NCBI GenBank assembly: GCA_030141605.1
Contig: JAQGDQ010000071.1
Span: forward strand, 1 to 64,000
DNA length: 64,000 bases
Direction: 5' to 3'
From: Tubiluchus corallicola
Taxonomy: Eukaryota; Animalia; Priapulida
Shown here: piece by piece, positions 52,199-64,000 of the stretch
How positions within the stretch are numbered: the first letter of the stretch is position 1
Layout: every line of letters begins with the position of its first letter
Made by a program: the position numbers and the translations under genes
The notes under the pieces: model-generated
What the model saw: the letters and a program-made list of their open reading frames with translations, nothing else
The model's database searches: none
Told to the model about the DNA's origin: nothing

Positions 52199-52682
52199 TG
52201 CAACAGGATGTACTAACCACTCAAGACTAATTGATACTTTTATTTAGTCCGTCTTCTCCGTACCTCTTTATTCCGCCTCCTCACTGGCTAGACAAAAAGC
52301 TAGAGAAGTTCCAAACTCTAGTCCAACCTCCCGACTAATTCTAATATCCTGCTAACGAGACAAAAGTAGGCTCAACCGTGTCTTATTATTTCCCGTTTCC
52401 TCAACTGTTTCCTCAACCGTAGCCTCAACCCAATTGAGGTATTTCTTATGAACTACTATAAACTCGAGCATCAGTGCACAAGATGGGTTCAGAGAATGGA
52501 TCTCGAACTATTGCTGTTTTCCCTGAACGTACTTTTACTTGAATTCTTGTATCTGATCTTCTAACAGTGTTTTAATGGCTGCATGTATAACTGTTATAAT
52601 TTCATCTTAGAACTTGGATCTTAGACTAATCAATAAAAGAAGTTAGACGTTTTTTAGAGTAACACATTTGCCTTTTGTTGCA
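52199..52682 (+). mobile_element. Possible solo LTR
   Basis: TGCAACA...TGTTGCA ends with internal TATAAA and AATAAA; no clear TSD. Confidence 0.35.
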
Positions 52683-53035
52683 ACGCAGATGAATTACGAT
52701 GAATCAGAATTTCAGTGAATATTTAATGAAGTGTCAGTAATAAATCAGATGAGTCAGATACGTGACTGTAATACGGTTCTTTGTTTTCACACGAGATTTT
52801 AACGAACTGATTCCTATTTCATACATATTTAATTCATAATTAATTAGATGCATCATGTAAATGAATCAGACCTTCTGTTCTGTTTCCTCAAAACACAAAG
52901 CTTATTTCTCGCTATTTGTTCATTCAAACTGCCATCTTTTAGCGCATAATGAACGACAATAGTTTTTGTTTACTTTCTTCTTAATGCGTGGTTGAGCCAC
53001 CGTAATCATAACGGTTGTGGTATAATAATACAATA

Positions 53036-53393
<358 letters not shown>

Positions 53394-53693
53394 CGATTTA
53401 TTTCAAATTATTGTAAATACAATACATTCATTCAGGTAGCTGCGTAAAAAACAATGTCGGTTAGTAGATCTCCAATTTTCTTACATATCAATCTTTTAAT
53501 TTCTAGACAATCACATTTGTCTTAGTTACCATTATATTTAAATTTAATAAATTCGCAAGCTAGACTTGTGCGGAAAATTAGTGAATCCTCAAACAAGCTG
53601 TCCGGGTCTCTCCACAACAATAACATCATTTGTCCATTGATGACTATTATTTCACTACCTCGTGTATCCAGCAATTTAAGGTATTTCTAATTT

Positions 53694-53860
53694 CTAAGGA
53701 TCAACACAATTATCACAAATATATCTAGTCATCCCAAATGCATCAGCACACTGTTCATGGCACAAGTTGTAACAAACGGTGCATTGAATCCAAATTTCAC
53801 CTCCTTTGCTGTTGGAAAAGAGTTTGAAGCTGATTAAACACCATGGTTCTTCCGACTTCT
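53694..53860 (-). mobile_element. PHD-like zinc-finger relic, probably the C-terminus of a pogo/Tigger-type transposase
   Basis: WIQCTVCYNLCHEQC..YICDNC; isolated, no splice context found. Confidence 0.55.
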
Positions 53861-53957
53861 CTGTATTTGTCTTTGTCATAACGTTTTCACATGTTTAACA
53901 CTTGTCTGTTGGGTTTTGCACTTAGCTTTGTCTTAGAAGCACTTTAAAATTATTTTC

Positions 53958-54340
53958 TCCTAACAACAACAGCCCGTAATGGTCTGCTGCTAGGGCGACA
54001 CTAACTGCACGAACAGCTTGTGTACCTGACAACAACAGTCCGTAATGGTCTGTCGCTAGGACGACACTAACTGCGCAAACAGCTTGCGTACCTGACAATA
54101 ACAGTCTGTAATGGTCTGCCGCTAGGGCGACACTAACTGCGCGATTAGCTTGCGTACCTGACAACAACAGTCCGTAATGGTCTGCCGCTAGGGCGACACT
54201 AACTGCGCGATCAGCTTGCGCACCTGACAACAACAGTCCGTAATGGTCTGCTGCTAGGACGACACTAACTGCGCAAACAGCTTGCGTACCTGACAACAAC
54301 AGTCCGTAATGGTCTGCCGCTAGGGCGACACTAACTGCCC
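53958..54340. repeat. 66-bp tandem repeat, 6 copies
   Basis: cctgacaa at 54025, 54091, 54157, 54223, 54289. Confidence 0.95.
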
Positions 54341-55894
54341 AATTCCACATTTCCTTAGCGCACCTAGTGGGAAATGAGCCTTAGCTTTACTTAAACGTGC
54401 TTTAACTAATATGGAGAAAAAGTTAATGCCCAATTAAAGTCAATAATTATTACAGGCACTCAAAGTCATTTATAGTTAAAAAACAACTTTATTAAAACTT
54501 TTACATTAAAAACCTAAAATGATGCCGAATGTTTTGACAGGCTACTGCTGTCATCATTCACAATCATACAACCAAGGTTATATAGGCAGAGCCTACAATA
54601 TAGAACATTATGCACTAATTAGGTATTTAGCAGAAGCCAAATAGGTAATGAATAAGCAGACCTGATGAAGCCATGTGTAGTGCCCTAAATTTAGAGCATA
54701 GCGCCCTACAGTATTAAATGATAGTATACAGTATACATCCAACAACTCCGCCATTTTAATTTGTAATGAATCCCGCTACCGCCATACTGGCTGTGACGTA
54801 GCTGAGCTGCGTGCCGGTAGATGCGCAAACAGCGCTCCATGGTTTTCCCGCTGATACAAATAAGCTAATTACTAATTAAATAAGCAACGCAGCGCAAACC
54901 TTTTTACGCCAAATTACTGTCCGGTAATTCAGTTATAAAATAAATTTAACTTGATTTTCGTGATATTCAACCTTTAAATCACCTCTCTTACTCATTTGTC
55001 AAAGACATTAGTAAAAAAAATCGAGCAAAGTAGGAAAGAGATGTCAGTCAGAGGTTCGAATTCCAGGATAGCATGTCGGCCTTTAAATTCCGCATTATGA
55101 TGAGCCATTTTGTATAGTTGTTCTTTAATGTAATTAATTACTTAAATAATGAATATCTCTTAATTACAAATGTTATCGTAATTAGTAAACAATTGTTTCT
55201 AAACTAACTGCATATACCTTTTGTAACAAGTCATCTAGCACATACAAACGTCACAAAATAGAATATTACAATAACTCTGTAACAAGTTTTGTTGCCAGGA
55301 CTAAAAAAAGAAAAGGGGGAACAAAATTCACAAAACAACTAACTTAAGTAAGTAACAGCACACATATATACTAGGTCAAGGAGCATCTGTGCCAGAAACC
55401 TAAGGTTGTAGTGACCTCCACACGCTTTCGTACTGGCATTCCAAGTCAGCTGGCTTCTCACACCACGTGTAGGCCCAAACAAGACGTCTGGATGTACAGG
55501 GAAGAGGCGAGTCGCTGCTGACGTGGAAGCAGGGCGTACAATGGGCGCTATACAGACCCGACAACAGGTGTCTCTGTAAAAATATTATCTTTAGCATTTC
55601 ATATCATTATAACAACAAGACTTACATAAGTTATAAAAATGATTATATGCGTTTGTCTAGACACCAAAATTATTCTCTAGGCTTGCAAATATCTAGTCTT
55701 TTATTAAGATGCAGACCGCATTTTTTAAATATCAGCTCAAAGTCTTTCTGCAGTTTTGAACTTTCATTTATATTATGAAATCAGACATTATCAATCGATT
55801 GAATCACTGGTGTGCATATTGTAACTCTTCTAACAGATGTTCAAATCTTTAGGCACATTTAATTAAACATTATAAATCAGATGAATCATTTAAC

Positions 55895-56145
55895 ACCTTC
55901 GCTCTTTGTCTTACATCAGACGTTCAGTTTAACAAGTGAATCACCAGTACCTACTTAAATAAATTAACTCGTTGTCTTACACCACAGATGTTCAGTTTAT
56001 CAGGTGAATCACCTGTACTTGCTTAAATAAATTAACTCTTTGTCTTACATCAGATGCTCAGTTTATCAGGTGAATCACCAGTACCTACTTAAATAAATTA
56101 ACTGTTTGTCTTACACCAGATGATCAATTTATCCGGTGAATCATG
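55895..56145. repeat. About 67-bp tandem repeat, 4 copies
   Basis: gtcttaca..cagatg.tcagtttatcaggtgaatcacc. Confidence 0.85.
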
Positions 56146-56432
56146 AAACCTGATTAACATCCTCACTTTTGTTTCACACCAAATTTTAACTCTTAATGCA
56201 AGTTTAGTTGAACGTTAGCAATCAGGGGAATCATAGTAATATTATTATTGACAATGACACTTTTACACTTGACAATGAGAAAGATCCTCAGCAATTTAAA
56301 AACTTTATAAGCTTTTTTTTAGAAACACACTAATACATCATGTACGTATTCCCTAATTATTGTAAGCTTAAACATAATATATTTTTTTCTCTGGTTTTTA
56401 TATATTTTTTCTATTATATATTCAGTATCTAT

Positions 56433-56494
<62 letters not shown>

Positions 56495-57044
56495 GGGAAT
56501 TAAGAAAACACACTCATTAAATAAGCGTAGAATATTTTATTAGGCTTGTGCTTGAAAAAACATAAAACAGAAGGTGTGAGTCATTTAACTGAAGCATCTA
56601 ACTGAACTAATTATAGTTTAAATATGTATGGAATACAAAATGATTTTAAAACAAAGGGAGGCATGCTGTATTACTCACAGCATCAGTGTGTTAATTTTCA
56701 TGAAATTTCTTCATTTAATTTTTATAAAATCGTAATAAAAATTTGGGCACGTTTTTTGCAACACCTGATATATTAGAATGTTTACCAACATCTGATTATG
56801 GCTCCACGGAATTTGATATCATATTGAACTAGTGAAATGTTAAGGATTTTAGGCCTACGTGTTATCAAATCTGCTGAAACTTCTTTGTAAAAGCAATAAC
56901 TTCAATAAATCTCACATCAAAATGAAGAAAAGGGCAATTTATTATTTATTATTATTATTTATTATTTGCTGCAGTCAGCTCCACAACAATGACTCATTTG
57001 TGGTGTACACAACATGTCCCCCCTCAAATATCAGTCCCCCTCTC

Positions 57045-57095
<51 letters not shown>

Positions 57096-58111
57096 TCTAT
57101 CTCTCTCGCTCTCTTTCTTTTTTCTCTCTCTTCCTCTTAATTTCTCTCTAGCCGTGCAAAAGAAAAAGATCATTAAATATGCACAGAATACTAAACTAGG
57201 TTGGTGTTTGAGTAAACAGGGAACAGAAAGTATGAGTCATTCATCTTATTTGATTCTATCTGACAATCTAACTGAACTAATTATGGAAACAAAATGAAAT
57301 GGAAAGAAAGGCTTGCGGTGTTGGTCACGTGTTAATTATTAATTAGTTTGGAGTGAAGAAACTTGTAGCCTATGATTCAACTACTGGATCAGCTTTTCCA
57401 TGACACATTTTTCGTAATTTTGTAATTTTGATTACATAGTTTTGAACCCAAATTAAAGAAAATCTCAATTAAAGAAACTGTCGAGAACTTTCCTGATTTA
57501 GTAAATTACCCTACTGAGAACTTGCTAACTTAAATAGCATACTACGGTTTTCAAAGCGATCACACTGAATAGGTTTTTATTTCTTTTACACTTTATGTCT
57601 TTATCTAAGTCTCGATGTCCTGTTAGTGTAGCTAGAAAGAAATTATTTTATTGTTATTATAACACCTACATTTCGTTGCTAGTTGTAAAAATAAATCTAC
57701 GAACGCCAAGATTAAAATATTATATTGTCACTGTGGTTTCCCTTCAATTTATATGTCACTGTGATAATGAATGAAATTACCCATAAATTAGCTTTTCTTG
57801 ATAAATTTAGCTTGGCTAGTAAAATTTTGTTGCCGCAGAGAGGGGAGAGATTTCAGACCGGAAGCTGGGTTTGTGAGTCAGAGGCAACAAATTTGAAGAA
57901 TTTAATATGACGCATGCGTAGAGTGCCTGCTAGATTCGAGCAAATTGTGAGGCAAACAATGGAAGCCATGTTCTAATTAATACAAAATCATTGCTTAGAA
58001 TTATGTACTGGCAATTGATAAAATAAACCGAAATGGCTTAACTTCTGGCAATCACAGTGCGCTCGAGTCTAGCGGAAAGAAAGAGAGAGCGAGAGTAAAA
58101 TAGAGAGAGAC

Positions 58112-58197
<86 letters not shown>

Positions 58198-58980
58198 GAA
58201 AGGGGGACGAGAGAAGGGCACGTGAACGTACTTAACATAGACACATAAACAACAAAGATGGGTAGAACAGATTGGCACATAAATAAGCAATTAAACAAAC
58301 AAAAAACATTACGCTTAACAATTGAAATTTAAAGAAATTTTATTTACTAAAACAAGAACAACAAACTCCAATTTTAACAAGATTTTAAGTAAACAATTTT
58401 TGTTCCTTCGGCAGAAAACAACTTACATACGATGCAATTACCTCTATATTAATTTGTAAGTAAAAGGGTAGTTTATGTCGATATAAAAATACAATCACAA
58501 AGGACCAGTTAGTAGAATATACAACCAGACACGTAATAAAATTTAATGCTAAAAATATACATTTTAGCCATACATCAGGAATTTCATCTGTTTTTACAGA
58601 AAAGCACTTTTCACACAGCAACTTATAGAAGTGGCAAGATAATTAATAACCCATCATTGAAAAAGACAATCGTATTCTTTCCCACCCCATCCTGAATAAG
58701 ACAAATTATCATCACCATTATCATCGTTGTCGTCTGTTCAATCACGTGTTCAGGAACTACTGGGATATTTGCATTTTTTCGATGATTCATCACCATTAAG
58801 TGAAACTCTTCAGTTTTTGTTCAGTGTAAGATGGATTCTTTTCAGCTTTCTTCCTGTTATATTTTTATAGTGTTAATGTGGTAATGCTAAAATGTCTGTT
58901 GCAGGAATTTGGGAAACCTCTTGGGGCGGTGGGGGCGATGGCGGGGACGGCGAGGACGTTGGCGGGGTCGAGGTTTAACT

Positions 58981-59219
58981 TTAGTTTTTTGAGTTTATTT
59001 TGTCTATTAGTTTTTTGAGGTTGAAAGTGAAATCTACCAAAGCTTTGAAGGCGTCCAGAATCTTGCGAGAGGAGACTGGTAGACACATCTCCAGGTCATC
59101 TGTAGCGGATGCACAAGTGGACGGGACATCGAAAGTGGCACCGAATATGATTAGGATGTTGTTTCTATCCCAAGCAATAATGTCTCCAGGGGGGTTGAAA
59201 CACGTCATGCTTATACTTT
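58981..59219 (-). CDS. Pentraxin-domain gene: domain end and probable last coding exon
   Basis: ttttcatttag acceptor; TCFNPPGDIIAW..DVPSTC resembles the pentraxin C-terminal C..GniiaW; TAA at 58981-58983 (3' end uncertain). Confidence 0.75.
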
Positions 59220-59318
59220 CTAAATGAAAAGGAAGACAAACTATTATTGCAAGAATTACAACGAAAATTCAAAATAATTAAACTCTAATTCATTATAATC
59301 GATGCAATTTTAAATGTG

Positions 59319-59363
<45 letters not shown>

Positions 59364-60429
59364 ATGCGTGAATGTGGTGCGTGTGCATGCGTGTGTGTGT
59401 GTGCATGTGCATGTGTGTGTTTTCACAATGTAACTATGTTTACAACACACAAATGTATGTACATTTTAATCGTAAATCATTATTGAGTTATAGCAAAAAT
59501 AATTAAACTTTATAAAAAAACAATAATTTTATAATGAAATAATTAAAATAAAAAGCTGCAAACAGGCTATTTATGTCTTGAAAAAACTGTAAACGAAGAT
59601 CAAGTTTTGATTTTGGTTTGAAATCTAAACTCTCCAGCCTAGGTTATCTTAATTTTGTATCTTACCTGTTTTTATGCATATATGAATGTCGAATGTTGTA
59701 AAAGTCTATAATACGTAGGATAGTGTGCTAGAGAGCACAAGATTTACCCCCGGTTTTAGACATCATACTTATAAATTACGTGGTTAGATCGCATAGATGA
59801 TTGGTATTTGTTTGTTTGTTTGTATTGTTGCCAGTGTTGTTTGTTTACTATCTGAAAATTACGTAAACTATAATTGACGGTATTGTAAATAATTGTTTCT
59901 CAATTTATCACAGTTTAAAACACGAGTATGTGCAATGACCCTGCATATAATGATGTATCGCTTTTTGCTTTTCGTACTCGCTTTTTCCGGTTTTGTTTAA
60001 TAAAGAAAATCAAGGAAAACGTTTAAATAAAAACAAAAGAACAAAGAAATAAAGAAAATTATTTAATTCAATATTAAGATGTTGCTTATTAGCGCAGACC
60101 ATCGTTTCGTTTTCAATGCTAGAAATAAATAAAGATATAAATAAAAAGCCAGAACAAATAATAATAATCTTTACAATTTTCTTTACAAAAGAACCTCTTT
60201 TTAATTCTGACAACTTTAATTTTCACTCTTGTGCTTGTGAAATGATATAATTTATTTTATGTCTTGAATAGTAGTGACATAAATTATAAATAAATATATA
60301 TTTATTTTGATTGATTGATTGCTTGATCTATAGTGTGACTTCTTGTCAGGGAGAAAACTGGCTGGTATGAATGCGCCATGACAATGAGGACAAAATGGTG
60401 CAAGTAAATTCAATTTAATGTTTTATTAC

Positions 60430-60546
60430 CTATCATATCAGTGGTTGCCTCTGTTGAAGATACAAAGAAGTCGGTCATTCGTCCGGCGTAATCAAGGATT
60501 AATAGAGAATCGATAGTAATGTTACCTGTTAAAGCAGGCTCACTAC
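60430..60546 (-). CDS. Pentraxin-domain gene exon (..LLILDYAGRMTDFFVS..TTDMI)
   Basis: tttgtag acceptor, GTAATA donor, phase 1-1, open frame. Confidence 0.8.
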
Positions 60547-61205
60547 CTACAAACCAGTAGGACCCATTAGTACAATTCAATTCAGTTTATTTACCCAGAT
60601 ACCGTCGTAGTACATGGGCAATATACATAATAGTAACATAATAGTAACGTAACAAAATTCTATATTGTTAAAAAAACTTGCAAATCATTGAACGGTAAAC
60701 TACACATTCAGAAATTGATAATATAATCAGTGTTTCCACTACTGTGAGCAATAGTGCTGTACAATAAATGGAATTTACAAATAAAAATACAAGAGAGGCT
60801 GAAATTAATTACATAAGTACATAGATTTAAAACTTTTCATTTCATTTCTAACATTATCTGGCGATTTAACAAATTTACAATATTTACAAAATAGTTTTTT
60901 TGTAAAATACTAAACATATGAAATTGAAATTGGCACTTTATGCATGTTTTGTGTTGGTGACTTGAGTTTTTTGTATGCAGGGGTTTTTAGTTTGTTTATA
61001 TGATGTAAATGTACAAGAGGTTTTCATCTGCCACTAGCAAAATTTTTTATATTGTCTTTACTTGATGTGTCTCCACATGCTAATGATTTATAGACTTTGT
61101 ATTATTCTGTATGTACATGTACGTATTGGCATTGTATATAATAAATCTAGTCTAATCTAATCTAAACTTGCTTTTCAAAAGATCTCTTTCAAATGAAGCT
61201 CACGT

Positions 61206-61826
61206 AGGTATTGTCTATTGTCATTATTAGGTATTGTCTATTGTCATAACTAGGTATTGTCTATTGTCATAACTAGGTATTGTCTATTGTCATAACTAGG
61301 TATTGACTATTGTCATAACTAGGTATTGTCTAGTGTCATAATTACGTATTGTCTATTGTCATAACTAGGTATTGACTATTGTCATAACTAGGTATTGTCT
61401 ATTGTCATAATTAGGTATTGTCTATTGTCATAACTAGTTATTGTCTATTGTCATAACTAGGTATTGTCTATTGTCATAACTAGGTATTGTCTATTGTCAT
61501 AATTAGGTATGATCTGTTGTCATAACTAGGTATTATCTATTGTCATAACTGGGCATTGTCTATTGTCATAACCAGGTATGGTCTACTGCCATGACTGGGC
61601 ATTGTTTATTGTCATAACTGGGTATTGTCTATTGTCATAATTAGGTATTGTCTATTGTCTTAACAAGGTATGGTCTATTGTCATTACTGGGCATTGTCTA
61701 TTGTCATAACTAGGCATGATCTATTGTCGTTACTGGGCATTGTCTATTGTCATAACTAGGTATTGTCCATTGTCATAACGAGGTATGGTTTATTGTCATA
61801 ACTAGGTAAGGTCTATTGTCATAACC
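61206..61826. repeat. 23-bp minisatellite, about 27 copies
   Basis: ctaggtattgtctattgtcataa. Confidence 0.95.
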
Positions 61827-62432
61827 ACGTTGTGTTAAAACATCGAATCTGTAATGTAGTTTCTAGTCTGTACGTTTGTCATATCGTAGTTAATAATAAT
61901 CGCGTAGAAACTAGGTTAATAGTCTTTCTAATGCACCACAAATAATTGTTTAATAACCTCATTACATAAGCAATCATTAATTCGCATTAGAGATGGGTGG
62001 GACAGAATCATAAACCTAGAGCATTGTAAAGTTTTGAAACGCCCACTGTATGCAGTTAACCAAAAACTGTTATTGTGTTACTGATGTAACTAAACTGCTT
62101 AATCATCTCATTGTAAATATCGTCTAATTTTACTTGATATGTTTTAATCATCTGTTCCTAGATTTCTTCTTCGCCTTAACAATAGGGCCCAGTAGAAAGA
62201 TGTAATACGAGCAATTTCGTGTTTATTTTGGGTAAGAAACGAACATTAGATGTTTGAACTTGGGGCAAAATTTCAGCACTAGCCTTGCTGTCTCGCACTT
62301 TTGATTAAATCATTTTCAAAAATCAGCAAGCAGCCGTTAAGGACGTCCGCCATATTGTCTAAACTGTGTTGTTTACTCATGCTCAAACATGTTGAAGAAA
62401 TAGCACGCTCACTTGTTTTTTTCATCACTTAC

Positions 62433-62545
62433 CTAAAAAGCCCCCATCTAAAAACACTTTCAGGTCTCCCCCGGATTTCCAAGTGATACACAAATTGTGC
62501 CAGATTTCGTCACTCAGTAGTTGACTTGTAAATCCAGTTATATTT
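62433..62545 (-). CDS. Pentraxin-domain gene exon with signature WHNLCITWKS
   Basis: DEIWHNLCITWKSGGDLKVFLDG resembles the pentraxin HxCx[ST]WxS signature (N at the H position); canonical splice sites. Confidence 0.9.
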
Positions 62546-62982
62546 CTGTAAATCATATAAATATTTATAAACAACTAGCCAAACCCCACAAAAGCTTTTT
62601 ATGTATGAATATTCAGCGCGGTTTTTGCTTATAGGAAATAATAACAATAATAATAAAAACAACAACAACAACAACAATACTAATAATAATAATAATAGTA
62701 ATAATAATAATAATATTAATTCAGTTTGTCAGTTAATAAGCCAGTCAGTCTGGTGGCCAATCAGTTAGTCAGGTGGTCAGTCGGCTAGTCAGTCAGTCAG
62801 GTGGTCAGTCAGTCAGTCAGTCAATCAGTCAGTCAGTCACCCTCCTGAAAAACTTCTTTCACATGCGCATGCTCAGTTGTTTGATTTGCTTTCTGTAGCA
62901 GTGCTACATGTGAAATTTCCCAACGAGAGTCACGAGATGCTGGATCTACGCATGCGCTCAGCTACAACGTAAATTTACTTAC

Positions 62983-63101
62983 ATGGAAGTATCAGCTACA
63001 CTGAAGGATAAATCACCGTTATCGATTAATAGAACTGAGGAAGCTGTCGTAGCAACTATCACCTGGTCATCTGGTTGGGTAGCAGGATCAGGTTTCAACC
63101 A
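62983..63101 (-). CDS. Pentraxin-domain gene exon (WLKPDPATQ..LLIDNGDLSFSV)
   Basis: tttttcgtag acceptor, GTAAGT donor; phase 0 to 2; open frame. Confidence 0.83.
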
Positions 63102-63171
63102 CTACGAAAAACAAAACATTTGTGACTGTATCAAAAATTGTGGTAAGATTCTGATTCAGTGACATTAGATA

Positions 63172-63212
63172 CTATAATAATGATAATTATAACGATAACG
63201 ATAACGATAACG

Positions 63213-63295
<83 letters not shown>

Positions 63296-63313
63296 AAGAA
63301 GAAGAAGAAGAAA
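63172..63313. repeat. Compound microsatellite (AACGAT)n(AAT)n(AAG)n
   Basis: Direct reading. Confidence 0.95.
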
Positions 63314-63942
63314 TAATTACTTTTGAGAGCTGATTTTAGCTTGATTGATATCTGGATCGCGGATTGACTTTTTTCTGATTTCAAACCTTATAATCGATTA
63401 AACTGATTCTGTATTTTTATTACAGGAAATTAAAAACATTTATAGCCCAAAACAAAAAACTTTATTAAAATTTCGCATTAAAAAATTAAGATTATGCCAT
63501 TCGTTTCGACTAGCTGCTGTAACCATCAGTGGTAAATTTACAAACGTACAACCAGTTTATATATGCAGAGAATATAATGCACTAATTAAGTAGGTAACAG
63601 AAGCCAAATAGGCAATAGTAAGGAAATTGATACAGCAAATTATGCACTAATTATGTATTTACAAAAGTCTATGTATTATACAAAGGTAATGAATAAACAG
63701 ACCTGAACAAAAGAAATTGATACAGTAACAAATAACTAGGTGTTTAAAGATGAACTTATAGGAATTGAACTCCTTTGTACATTTTTGAAGGCTCATTAGG
63801 GTATAAAGATGAACTTTCTTTTCTTAATAAGTTCCAGTTATTAGTATGTCTGTATTTGATAATTAAAAAACGTCTAACACATTTTCATCTCGAGAAATGA
63901 GATGCACAAAGATCTAAAACATTTTTGGCTGTTCATACTCAC

Positions 63943-63971
63943 CATACACCAAGTGAATTCGGTTACAGGAT
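63943..63971 (-). CDS. Pentraxin-domain gene: 29-nt micro-exon (DPVTEFTWCM)
   Basis: ttttgcag acceptor, GTGAGT donor; joins next exon to give FTWCMWLK (pentraxin FTxCxWxK strand). Confidence 0.82.
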
Positions 63972-64000
63972 CTGCAAAATTTGAGAAAAAATTTACAAAG

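Noticed and set aside
53922-54350. 142-aa repetitive ORF
   Set aside because: Artefact of the 66-bp tandem repeat

Overview
AT-rich, intron-rich animal DNA, probably from an invertebrate (inferred from spliced GT-AG genes, microsatellites and eukaryotic transposon relics). Most ORFs in the supplied track are partial exons or repeat artefacts. Two spliced genes were reconstructed by hand. (1) A + strand gene entering from the left edge: 24 phase-compatible exons at 289-40280 give about 1338 open codons. They encode at least 5 C-type lectin domains (CTLD), a 4-Cys EGF-like stub, 4 EGF domains and 6 sushi/CCP domains, a selectin-like order with multiplied lectin heads. Its C-terminal exons are uncertain and no transmembrane exon was found. 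One CTLD exon pair is duplicated about 7.4 kb downstream, and the two copies differ almost only in the ligand-binding loop. (2) A convergent - strand gene entering from the right edge: 5 exons at 63971-58981, including a 29-nt micro-exon, encode a pentraxin domain. Introns and intergenic DNA carry many minisatellites (one derived from BEL/Pao coding sequence), MITEs, a solo LTR with target-site duplication (TSD) and a bipartite RTE element. All calls are from manual reading; no database search was run.
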